Source: Chrysochromulina tobinii
Lineage: Eukaryota
Assembly: GCA_001275005.1 (NCBI GenBank)
Contig: JWZX01002453.1
Span: 1-44,094 of the forward strand
DNA length: 44,094 nucleotides
Direction of reading: 5' to 3'
Under the pieces are notes generated by a model. It was not told the DNA's origin and ran no database searches. It was given only the letters and a program-made list of their open reading frames with translations. Below are positions 30,101 to 38,685 of the stretch, one piece after another (the first letter of the stretch is position 1; every line of letters begins with the position of its first letter). Both the position numbers and the translations under genes were made by a program.

Positions 30101-32780
30101 CGTCCTCCGGCTTCATCCGCAGCCGCGTGCCGTCGGTAAAGAAAGGGTTGAGCGTGAAGACGGACTCACCCACCTTGAAGGGTTCCTTGACGCCGCCGGC
30201 GGCAGCGACGGCAGCGGCGGCAGCGGCGGCAACAGCAGCGGCGGCGGCGCGCTCGGCCTCGAACGGAGAGGTGTAGATGGAGGCGGTGCGCTCGGGGTCG
30301 ACGGCAAAGGCGCGGTTGCGTTCCATGTCCGCGGTGAGGGCGAGTCGCATGTAGAGGGCGACGTTGGGCACGGCCACACGTGTGCTTGGGTCGCTCGCTA
30401 CAGCGAGGGGCGGCATGCTTAATTCGAGCTTCCAAAAGCCCGCACGCAGCGCGCCGTTGGGTGTGAACACGGGGAGCGAGCACCAGCCGACCGGCACAGT
30501 GGTCGACTGCCCGCCAGAGTCGGCGGAGGGCGCAAGCACCTTGTGCAGCTCGAGGACGAGCGACGTCTGAGGGCTCGGCGCGAGGTGCAGAAACTGGCGC
30601 CGAATCGCGAGGAGCGAGCGCGTGAAGCCACCGGCCATCGCCTCGCACTCGACGGCGGGGAGCGTCTTGACGGCACCAAGCGGCTCGACGCCATTGTACA
30701 GGGTGTACGCGAGCAAGCACTGGGAGGTGACCCAAGGCAGCCCAGTCACAAAGTCGAAGAAGGCGCACATTCCCGCGGCTTCCTCGTACGGAACCCCAGG
30801 CAACGTCGACGAGGGCAGCGAGGTCGGGCCCAGGGAGGTGGGCCCGTTACGCAGCAGCTCGCGCTGGACACGCGCCTCGACAAGGGCTCGCTTTTGCTCC
30901 CGCATCCACTCGTCGTGCTTCGTGCTCTCTTCCGCCTCCTTGGCCCTTGTGGCGGCTGCCTCCTTGGCCGACCGTAAGCGCTCGCGCTCCTCGATCATCT
31001 CCCGCTCGTGCCGCAGCTTGGCGAGCTCGCTCTCGTACTTGATCTGCCGGCGCGCGAAGGCATCCTCCTCGCGCTCGCGCGTCGACGGGCGCAGCCGGCC
31101 GTTCGCGTGCTGCTGAGAACTCAGCAGCTCGCTCAGCGCGTCCGGCGGCGCCGGCGGCAGCGACACCCCTGACGCGTGCCGGAGCCCAGTTACTGCGGCC
31201 TCGAGTTGGCGCGCGTGAGCCTCGCGAGCCTCTACGGCCCTCTGTAACGCAGCCAGCTGCACAGCCAGCGGGCCATCCATCGCCGCCGCCGCTGCATAGT
31301 AGGGCGGGGCGTACGAGAGCGGCGCTGCGGGCGGAGGCGGAGCCCAAAGTGGCGGAGGCGCTCCGAAGAAGCCGGCGGCCGAGGGGGCTACTGGCGGCGC
31401 GCCACAAGCGGCCGTGCTGTGCGCCTCGGATGCCACGCCGGTGACCGGTGCGAGGCGTGTCACGTCCCGCTGGAGCTGCTCGAGCTTGTGCAGCAGCTGC
31501 GGATTCTGGCCGCCCGCGGCCGCGTACGCTGCCCGCAGTTCCACCAAATCAGCCTCCAGTGTCGGCTCCAGTCTCGCCGCCTCTGCTCGCTCCGCCGCTC
31601 CGAGGGCCACGGTGCGTGGCGGCGGCGGCGGCGAGGGAGGAGCGATGATGCTCGTGGGTGCGCTCGGGGTGGGGCTCGGGGGTGCGACGCCCGCAGGTGC
31701 GCGCGCCGTCGTCGCAAGCGGCGGCGCATGCAGCGCTCGTGCCTCAATGCCCTCGGTCAACACGCCATGCAGCTCGAGTTGTGATCGGAGCTCCGCCAGC
31801 CGCCGCTCATCGTCCGCCTGCTGCGCACGTAGCTGCCGCATTGCCAGGCTCTGCGCGCCGCCACCGCCGCGCGTCGGGCTGCCTGGGCCGCCGCCGCTGC
31901 CGTCGCCCCTAGCGCCGTTGGCGCCGCCCGTGCCGCTCACGTCGGCGTGGTCACGCCGCGCCGCCGTCCCTGCTTGCGCCTCATCGTACGCGAGGAGCTG
32001 CTCGCGCCGCGTCTGCTCGAAGGCCTGCTGCTGCCGCCGCAGCCGCACGTGCTCGAGATCGCTCTGCCGGCGTCTCTCCGCATTCTCCAGCATGAGGGCC
32101 TGCCGCTCCGCTTCCGCCTCCGGGCTCAACCGCTGCAGGTTTGCAGCGGCAACCTGTGTGCGTGCCTCGAGCATGGCTTTGGAGGCGGCCACGGTGCCCG
32201 ACTGCAGCTCCGCCAGCGCTGCCTGCACGCCCAGCGCCTCGTCCGCGAGCCGCGCGCGAGCCGCCGCGAGATCCTCCTGCTGGCGCTGCAGCTCGGCGAG
32301 CTCCTTGTGCTGCTGCCGCTGCCTGAACTTGAGCTCGGCGGCCTCGGCGAAGCGTTCGGCCGCGCGCAGCTGGACGCGCGCCTGCAGCTCCACCGTGCGG
32401 TGCGCCGCCAGCTGCGCCTCGAGCATCTGCTGATGCACCTCCGCCTTTGCGCGCTGCTCCTTGAGGCGCAAGGCCGCGCGCTCCGCGGCTTCCTCTCTCG
32501 CCCGCCGCTCTTCGGTGCGCTCAGCAGCCTCGCGCGCGATCTTGGCGCGCAGCTCCGATACGCTCAGCCCGATCACATCGTCCGACAGCGCTGACAGCCC
32601 CTTGCTCAGCGCGTTGACAGCGTCCTCGTCGAGCGACCCGGCGATCGCACCCCTCGCCTCCTTGCGCTGGGCGAGCACCTGCCGGTGCAGAACGGAGCCC
32701 TGACAGAATTTGTTGCGGTGGGTGTCGAGCTTGGCCTGCGTGTTGAACGCTATGCCACAGAGATCGCACATGGCCATCAT
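27141..32780 (-). CDS. CCDC17: CCDC17-like protein: N-terminal C2H2-type Zn finger, long coiled coils, several C2-like domains and an inserted SH3-like module
   Basis: 'CDLCGIAFNTQAKLDTHRNKFC' at the N-terminus; 'LRAAYAAAGGQNPQLL'; 'PYEEAAGMCAFFDFVTGL'; 'VGWCSLPVF...LRAGFWKLEL'; 'VDGARFLPDDV'; 'GWSVMPIF...VDSGVHVLPLFDGTPS'. These match my recollection of CCDC17-family motifs. The ORF is an uninterrupted 1879 aa. Confidence 0.7.
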   Translation of the reverse strand: MMAMCDLCGIAFNTQAKLDTHRNKFCQGSVLHRQVLAQRKEARGAIAGSLDEDAVNALSKGLSALSDDVIGLSVSELRAKIAREAAERTEERRAREEAAERAALRLKEQRAKAEVHQQMLEAQLAAHRTVELQARVQLRAAERFAEAAELKFRQRQQHKELAELQRQQEDLAAARARLADEALGVQAALAELQSGTVAASKAMLEARTQVAAANLQRLSPEAEAERQALMLENAERRRQSDLEHVRLRRQQQAFEQTRREQLLAYDEAQAGTAARRDHADVSGTGGANGARGDGSGGGPGSPTRGGGGAQSLAMRQLRAQQADDERRLAELRSQLELHGVLTEGIEARALHAPPLATTARAPAGVAPPSPTPSAPTSIIAPPSPPPPPRTVALGAAERAEAARLEPTLEADLVELRAAYAAAGGQNPQLLHKLEQLQRDVTRLAPVTGVASEAHSTAACGAPPVAPSAAGFFGAPPPLWAPPPPAAPLSYAPPYYAAAAAMDGPLAVQLAALQRAVEAREAHARQLEAAVTGLRHASGVSLPPAPPDALSELLSSQQHANGRLRPSTREREEDAFARRQIKYESELAKLRHEREMIEERERLRSAKEAAATRAKEAEESTKHDEWMREQKRALVEARVQRELLRNGPTSLGPTSLPSSTLPGVPYEEAAGMCAFFDFVTGLPWVTSQCLLAYTLYNGVEPLGAVKTLPAVECEAMAGGFTRSLLAIRRQFLHLAPSPQTSLVLELHKVLAPSADSGGQSTTVPVGWCSLPVFTPNGALRAGFWKLELSMPPLAVASDPSTRVAVPNVALYMRLALTADMERNRAFAVDPERTASIYTSPFEAERAAAAAVAAAAAAAVAAAGGVKEPFKVGESVFTLNPFFTDGTRLRMKPEDASDFTGQHVLNDVQVEILEMANSYARIRGPVDRHASLGEGWIRERNLSRHRRGQGLVTLEAPATPATPATPATPGAPTTAPDTGAPALDELATTAVAPAGEPPKAAPSEPPLPRPPPVQAPLPPFEDDKGVDVRPMRLVGWTPNDPKSLIESVRRGGGSGVRVHLSLVQRGARQPGGTYAPMGHPDALPGWQFSWYEGRTLRPNLDSEGVAEALLLVEVVAEVNVPSTPAQPNPSALSAPLASTVVGWATVPLFGSASAADGGGGGGGFLAGTEKTERILRLNAGLHTLGLSPPPVMLPNSERPGELAALPQRDAGERGELRGDLRGELTIRIATGKPPAPSADALLDMLGAKLDEVPGEMITSATRSARDNANVPPLAWLKSPEPSVPSDQLAYDGEGAVLVVDGARFLPDDVVASGVRATLLDERGMVLASARAPCMVLSDARMPRYPSLRLNLSDAALPANATLALTVLAVVQGVEEAVTLGYAPLALFTRLGDTSLTQPTSPRESAIALRTGAYQLPLYLGSSLAKASRGIAVSEASLSTGPRLPCATLLVRLLPGPRVSPPQIEGGSGHLDVVVIDERERVARLQQQPIPPAPAYATGAYDSTRSYPTKNELELYRLRLQRSPLQCLDAIGAEARDVGGVDEADAWLRRKLGDPNGAILISEAPPYNLRRFAPYSAAAGIQIGCRSAAGLAPPTAMCWAILSVHPPGSLYKTPREVQSDRFRITEAHDFSADLRAPIWPGRASHLPEVPLDPSALLIVDVRALEKPTVPSTLLSKGWSVMPIFTKVRHDGQVRVDSGVHVLPLFDGTPSAEVLATLGQVAVQPVLEWQRALGKLSQEKKLKAIDGASVTLSLLDAQRYGEHEWADPQPPIEPSHVRLPLGYEARYTAGAAKLSKPLGSIVGKVKQTVPPDAPKDFKPRVLSQHELELEANAAFRQAMGFPEPVQPRAPPPESEPEPVLRLQADVDGAGAVAGASYPGSASR

Positions 32781-33152
32781 CCCCTATTGTGTAGCGCCAC
32801 CAAGCTTGCGCCACCTTTAGAGTCCGTCGGCCGCGGAGAGGGCAGTTATGTTCGGGGACGTTCGTTCACATTCACAACTCACCAACACACGTACGAACGA
32901 AATCGCGCTCTCGTGACAAACAACACCTCGCACACGTTCACACTCGCTTCATTCTCATGCTCGCGAGGGGAAACGTTGTTCATAGTTGTTCATTCAGTGG
33001 CCATGACACCAACACGTAATGTTCATAGTATCTTGATGCATGAAAACCTCCTGTTGTCGGAAGGTGGTCTGCCGAATTGCCGTTTGGCGATTTAGCTTGC
33101 AGTTTGACGAAGCCGAGTTAGACTACATCCGCCACCTTGGCCGGTGCAGGAG

Positions 33153-35996
33153 ATGGCCGCCTGCTCTGCGAGGCGGTGGGCCGGCACGCCGTCTTCGAGT
33201 CGCCCAGACTACTTTGATCGGCTGATCACGCAGCTCGATGCGGAGCTGCCATTCAGCCACATGATCTCCCTCAAGCGGCACAGCGAGCTTTCGGATGCAC
33301 GCAAGACCATCGCGTTGCAACGCCGGTATTGGGCTGCAGCAGACGACAGGGATGTTGTAGCCGGCATTGGCCGCTGCAGCAACGCCGTGAACGCCATCCT
33401 CTCTACCGGCAAGCCTTTTGAATCGAACAGGACCAAGGCGCCGAACTTTGAGGATCTCGTGGCCACGCGCCGCGCCGACCTCGCGCTGGCGCGCCGCTCG
33501 CTGTGGGGCACTCCGGCCTTCGCATCCTCGCCCGGGTCGTGCCTCCTCGACGACTCCCAGCGCCCAGCGGTCGAGCCGATCGATCCGTACAGCCGCGAAA
33601 CTCTGGGCGGCCACGTCGTGGCGCGGCGGCATGCCGCGATGTACGCGATGGCGGGTGGTGCGGCCGAGATGAGCGGCGGAGGCGTGCTTCGCCCCTCGAG
33701 CAGCGCTCCGTCCCTCGCGTCGCTGCCACCACCGCCGCCGCCTCTGCCGCCGCCACCACCACCACCACCCCGGAGTGGCGGTGGGAGCGCCTCCCCAAAG
33801 CACAGGAATGGCCTAATTAGGGGGGACGCGGCCGACGACGGTCTGTACGCAGCCCTATTGAACGCTGTCGAAGCCGAGGGTGCGCCCAGCGGCCGCGGCG
33901 GTGACCGCGGCGGCGGCCGCGGCGGCGGCCGCCCCACAGCGTGTAGTGCGGACGTTTCATTGGTTCTGGCGGCATCAGCGGCGTTTGAGCGGCGCGCGTT
34001 TGCATGTGAGGCGCTGCGCAGCGGCGGGCTCGGGGTGCTTGGGGATGGACGTTATACCTCCGCGGCTCCATCGTGGGCGGCCGAGGCGTGGGGCGAGGAC
34101 CTAGGCGGCGAGGGCACAGGAGGCGCCCACGCCGGCGCGCGTGCTCGGCTCGCTGTGGTGCGCAACGCGAGCCTGCGCCACACCGGCCGCAGCACCTACG
34201 TGAGCTGTGCGGCCAGTCAGCCGCGCTCCGAGGTGCGCTTGGCCGCCGATGCCTTGCGATCCTTAGACCAGGCTGAGCAGCGCGCTCTGGTTGCGCATGA
34301 AGAGAGGAACGCCGCGTTGATGGCTGCATCAGAGGCAGCTTCGCTAGCGGCGTGGGAGGCGACGTCGTGCTGTGGACAGCAGGTCCAACCGCCCGTCGAT
34401 GCCTCTGCAAGTGCAGGCGGCGAGAAGTCAACAGCGCCATCCCAAGCGCCGCCAAAGGCATCTAAATCTCCATCGCCGTCCAAATCCTCGTCGCACCCGC
34501 GCCCTGCTAGTGCGAGAGGGACTGTCACCAAGGACAAGGAGACGCTAGCGGCCACGAAGCTGCAGGCGATCAAGCGCGGCCAGTCGGCACGCTCGGAGGC
34601 TGCTGCGATGCGCAAGGGTGGGACTGTCACCAAGGACAAGGAGACGCTAGCGGCTACGAAGCTGCAGGCGATCAAGCGCGGCCAATCGGCACGCTCGGAG
34701 GCTGCTGCGATGCGCAAGGGGGGGGCTGTCACCGTCAGGGCTGGGAGCGGTGGAGCGACCGGCGCTGTTATGCGCGCTGACGAGGCGCGCGCCGCTCCCG
34801 ATCCCTCGGCGTGCGCATCCGAGGCCACCCACACAGCCCTCGGCACTGCAGCGGCGTGCGCATCCGAGGCCACCCACACAGCCCTCGGCACTGCAGCGGC
34901 GTGCGCATCCGAGGCCACCCACACAGCCCTCGGCACTGCAGACGCGCCGAGCTGCGCCAACCGCTTGCGCCTGCTGCACCGCTGGTCGGCGGCACACGGC
35001 ACTCACTCCCCCGTAGGGCGCGGCACCATCGTCGACGGCACCGAGATCCTGCCGCCACGCCGTCGCAAGCGCTGGTACATGGTGGTCGCTTGCCTGCTCC
35101 GAAAGCGCGGTGGGCGTGACGAGACCGTACTGGTGGACTTGCTCGAGGGCACACACGTCTTCCGATTTGGGCAGACGAGCACGCAGCAGCATGGCGCCGT
35201 CACGAGCGCACCGACGGCACGTGCGCCTGGCTTCGAGGTGTTTGATGACGTGTCAGCCGCCCTCGCGCGCACCGTGCCGATGAGCGCTCGCCACGTGCAC
35301 GCCCCGCGCGCCCTGATCGAGGCGTACGTGGGAGGGCTGCCACGTGTCGAGGACGACGGGCGAGCCTTCTTTGTGCAGGTGACGCCCATCAGGCTGCTCG
35401 CCAATCCGTACCGGTACGCTCGCATGGTCGAGGCCTTGTTTGGAAGCCCCTTGCCCGCGCCGATGGTGCCGCAACCGCCCGCCTCGGGCGCTGCGTTGGG
35501 ATTCGGACATCCCGGATACCAAACAGCCCACGTCTCCGGAGCCCACGCCCCCGGATCTGCCGAGAGCGAGCCGAGCGCGCCGGCACGCACGGGCGACCCG
35601 GTGACGGATGCCTTTCTCGAGGCCCTCGACACGTCGCGTCATGATCCGAGCGCCCTTGAGCGCGCGGTGGCGGCCCTCGCGCAGAGCGAATACGTCGAGG
35701 GGAACGTTGTGCTTGCCCGCCAGCCGCCGCACATGGTCGCCAAGACGCCCGCCACACTCATGTCCCCCGCTGACAATGCAGCAGACGCGGTGGGCAGGGC
35801 CGAGGCGGCGGGCGCGTGGGGCAGCATGTACACGCGCACCAGCTGGGCGGCGCTCGGGGCGCCCAAGGCCCTGAGTGGGCCGGTGATGTCACGCGCCGTG
35901 CCGAGGGCGGCGGGCGCGGGCCGTCTGACGGGTCGTAGTGGCCGAGGTGCGCTCGCGCTCCGCGAACATGCGCGCGGACGGGGCGGGCGGGCGTAG
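33153..35996 (+). CDS. IQ-motif (calmodulin-binding) protein with an uncharacterised C-terminal globular domain
   Basis: Two identical IQ motifs 'AATKLQAIKRGQSARSEA' (LQxxxRGxxxR). About 950-aa ORF; first ATG at 33153. Confidence 0.72.
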   Translation: MAACSARRWAGTPSSSRPDYFDRLITQLDAELPFSHMISLKRHSELSDARKTIALQRRYWAAADDRDVVAGIGRCSNAVNAILSTGKPFESNRTKAPNFEDLVATRRADLALARRSLWGTPAFASSPGSCLLDDSQRPAVEPIDPYSRETLGGHVVARRHAAMYAMAGGAAEMSGGGVLRPSSSAPSLASLPPPPPPLPPPPPPPPRSGGGSASPKHRNGLIRGDAADDGLYAALLNAVEAEGAPSGRGGDRGGGRGGGRPTACSADVSLVLAASAAFERRAFACEALRSGGLGVLGDGRYTSAAPSWAAEAWGEDLGGEGTGGAHAGARARLAVVRNASLRHTGRSTYVSCAASQPRSEVRLAADALRSLDQAEQRALVAHEERNAALMAASEAASLAAWEATSCCGQQVQPPVDASASAGGEKSTAPSQAPPKASKSPSPSKSSSHPRPASARGTVTKDKETLAATKLQAIKRGQSARSEAAAMRKGGTVTKDKETLAATKLQAIKRGQSARSEAAAMRKGGAVTVRAGSGGATGAVMRADEARAAPDPSACASEATHTALGTAAACASEATHTALGTAAACASEATHTALGTADAPSCANRLRLLHRWSAAHGTHSPVGRGTIVDGTEILPPRRRKRWYMVVACLLRKRGGRDETVLVDLLEGTHVFRFGQTSTQQHGAVTSAPTARAPGFEVFDDVSAALARTVPMSARHVHAPRALIEAYVGGLPRVEDDGRAFFVQVTPIRLLANPYRYARMVEALFGSPLPAPMVPQPPASGAALGFGHPGYQTAHVSGAHAPGSAESEPSAPARTGDPVTDAFLEALDTSRHDPSALERAVAALAQSEYVEGNVVLARQPPHMVAKTPATLMSPADNAADAVGRAEAAGAWGSMYTRTSWAALGAPKALSGPVMSRAVPRAAGAGRLTGRSGRGALALREHARGRGGRA
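34518..34941 (+). repeat. Coding tandem repeats: 102 bp x2 (IQ unit, from 34518) and 45 bp x3 (34807-34941)
   Basis: gggactgtcaccaaggacaaggagacgctagcgg... at 34518 and 34620; cggcgtgcgcatccgaggccacccacacagccctcggcactgcag x3. Confidence 0.93.
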
Positions 35997-36369
35997 TCCC
36001 ATGAAGTAGTCCCATGAAGTAGTCCGTAGGAGGACCGCCCACGCGGATCGCCGTGTCGAATGGCCGTGGTCACCCCCGAAGACAGAGCTCGACAGTCATC
36101 CACAAATCGCTAATCGGTCACCCCCGTGCCCGTCGCGGGGCCCGCGTCGGGCGATCGGCGCGCCGGACGGCGAACGGCGCGAGTGAGCGGGTGACTGTGA
36201 AAACGGGTATACACGCAAAACGCTGTATATGAGAAATACGTAGTTTTTAGTAAGTTAACGCTCCCGGTCGGTCCCGGAAGCGAAGATCAGTTGCGTGGGC
36301 CTGCGGCCGCGCTGGGACGGCTAGTGGGGAGTCATCTAAAGTCTAGAATATCTGCAATGAGATACGCCT

Positions 36370-37215
36370 TCAGAATGTCACCTCCAATCCCAGCTTGCGC
36401 TGCCGAGCTCTCGCCTTACACCGGCGGATGGCCTCTCGATGCGTCGCTGTCATCTTGCGCTTCTTCCTCATCCCGCCACCGCTTTCGCCGCCGCTTTCGC
36501 CGCCTTCACTCCCGCCATCGGCTTTGTCGCCCACCACAGCCTCGGCGTGGAGCGAGGGCGCCACATGCCTGCGCTGCGCCTCAACGGCCGTGAGTGTGGG
36601 CGCGGCTGCTACACCCGAGGGGATGGACTGCGCTCCCGCCTTCGTGTCGCTCGCTGATCCGGTGGCGGTCGCCTGATCGGCTGCTCCCTCGGCCTCGAGC
36701 TGCGCGCGCTTGCGAGCCACGGCGAGCGCCGCCTCCTCGGCGCTGAGGAAGTAGCCCAGATGGTAGATTCGGCCTGATTTGTCAGCAATCCACGCCTTGA
36801 ACGGATGCTGTTCGAACTCCTTGTATCGCACGCCTGCATATCCTGTGCGAGTTTTCGCTTTGAGTAACTTGAGATTCTCACGCTGCGCCTGGCGCCTGGC
36901 CGCTTCTGCAGCAGAGAGCGGCTGTCTTTCAGCGAGGAAGTGTGCTACATCGTCGGCAGTCACTGTATTTCGAGGCGGTGATGGAGGTGGCGGTGGTGGA
37001 GGTGGCGGAGGCGGCGGAGGCCCCGGCAGATGCGGCGATGACGGCAGCGGAGGCGGAGGCGAACTTGTTGTTGGTGATTTTTTCTCCGTCACCAGATGCG
37101 GCGATGACGGCAGCGGAGGGGGAGGCGCACTTGTTGATGATTTTTTCTCTGTCACCTCAGGCGCAGCGGCAAGTGCAGCGGTGCGAGCGAGTCGACGCGC
37201 TTGCGACGATGGCAT
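36370..37215 (-). CDS. AP2/ERF-domain DNA-binding protein
   Basis: 'LSAAEAARRQAQRENLKLLKAKTRTGYAGVRY...FKAWI....IYHLGYFLSAEEAALAVAR' is an AP2 signature. Pro-rich N-terminus with a duplicated VTEKKS...PPPPLPSSPHL unit (about 37027-37156). Start placed at MPSSQARR. Confidence 0.82.
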   Translation of the reverse strand: MPSSQARRLARTAALAAAPEVTEKKSSTSAPPPPLPSSPHLVTEKKSPTTSSPPPPLPSSPHLPGPPPPPPPPPPPPPSPPRNTVTADDVAHFLAERQPLSAAEAARRQAQRENLKLLKAKTRTGYAGVRYKEFEQHPFKAWIADKSGRIYHLGYFLSAEEAALAVARKRAQLEAEGAADQATATGSASDTKAGAQSIPSGVAAAPTLTAVEAQRRHVAPSLHAEAVVGDKADGGSEGGESGGESGGGMRKKRKMTATHREAIRRCKARARQRKLGLEVTF

Positions 37216-37869
37216 GGTGTATAAGACACTTACCGGTACCCATTTTTGGTTCCGTGTCAGTCTTCGGAACGTTAACACGACAGCGGTGTGAATACACTCT
37301 GCCCGCTCAGAATACACAGACACACATTCATATTCAAATATACACATTATCACCATTGTGGCGGTTACGGGTACCGCACGGGGGCAGTTTACATTGTTGA
37401 AGGGCGACATGTCCATGGTGAGCTTGAAGCTCATGGGAAGTATGGTAGTTTCGTCCGCGTGAACGTTGACATGACACACGCGACAACCGGGGCTACGTGC
37501 CTGTCTGTTACTGCCCGCACATACAACATGTCACACACGCGGAAACGGCGGAGCATGTCACAGCACGAGGAGCATGTGCGCGCTTGCAGCGCAATTGTGA
37601 TTGCAGCGCAAAGGATGGTTTGGGCGTCGGCCGGTCGGCGGAATGGATGCTGGATGGCGGTGGAGATGTTTATAGCAACGTGGTGCGTGAGGAAGCTTTG
37701 GGGCGGGGACGCGCGGCAGGTCACACCCACGACCAGCACACGACATGCGACGGGCTGAGACACGTTCGAAGCCCGCACAAAGTCCGAGATGCGGCCGCCA
37801 AGGTGGCTTCGCGGATTCCCTAGGAGCCGCGCATCCCCGCACTCTTTTGGCCCTACTCTCACTCGTCCA

Positions 37870-38370
37870 TCAGGCCTTTTTCTCGGCCTCGGCCCTTTTT
37901 TTGGCCAGTTTCTCCTCGGCCCTGGCCTTCTCTTCTTCAAGGAGCATTGCTGAGGTCAGCATTGGATTCGCATTAAAGGCGAGATGGAACGCCGTGCTCA
38001 CGAACAACGCTGCGAGCACGTACCAGCCCCGCGGCACGAATGTGTATACATCACCTTTCACGTCGTAATCCATATTCAGCGCGATCGCGATGGAGTTCAA
38101 GGTGGCCATCAGGAAGCCAAACGCTGCGGCCTTGCCGTTCAACTTGTTCCAACGAACAACGTAGAGGGTGGGTGCGAGCAGCAGCAGCAGACCGCCCGCA
38201 AATTGCACGGCAAAGCGTGCAGCCGGTGGCGGCGTGCTGTCAGGCTCGATGTCAAACATTGGCTTGAGTGGCCCATACGCGGTGAACCAAAGTTCTGGCG
38301 ATCGAATAGATGCCGCGCCAATCACCAAGCAGTACAGCGCCGACACGTCTGAGAAGTCTCCGTGCGGCAT
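37870..38370 (-). CDS. Small 4-TM membrane protein of unknown function with a charged C-terminal tail
   Basis: Starts MPHGDFSD; four hydrophobic stretches; 'VVRWNKLNGKAAAFG'; Lys/Glu-rich tail. Confidence 0.7.
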   Translation of the reverse strand: MPHGDFSDVSALYCLVIGAASIRSPELWFTAYGPLKPMFDIEPDSTPPPAARFAVQFAGGLLLLLAPTLYVVRWNKLNGKAAAFGFLMATLNSIAIALNMDYDVKGDVYTFVPRGWYVLAALFVSTAFHLAFNANPMLTSAMLLEEEKARAEEKLAKKRAEAEKKA

Positions 38371-38685
38371 GATTAATCGGTTGGAGGAGTGCGACACGTA
38401 CGAGGACGCCTTTTGTGGAGGCGCCTCGTCGTTCGTTGCGAGCGTCACAGGAAATCACACCGAAAAAGGCAGTTTCACTTTGTCATAACCATTGGCTGTG
38501 AATGCAGCCGGAAAGAGTTCTATATCTGTTTGCATGCAGATCCAGATGTGGCCGGGCGATCGTGTGAGTTTATTCATCGTGATATTTGTTTCTGATTTCG
38601 TTGTGCGGTGTACGTGTACGCATGTACTCTGTACTCTGTGTTATACTCTGTGTACAAGATGACTCTGTAAAACACTCGACCCCTC

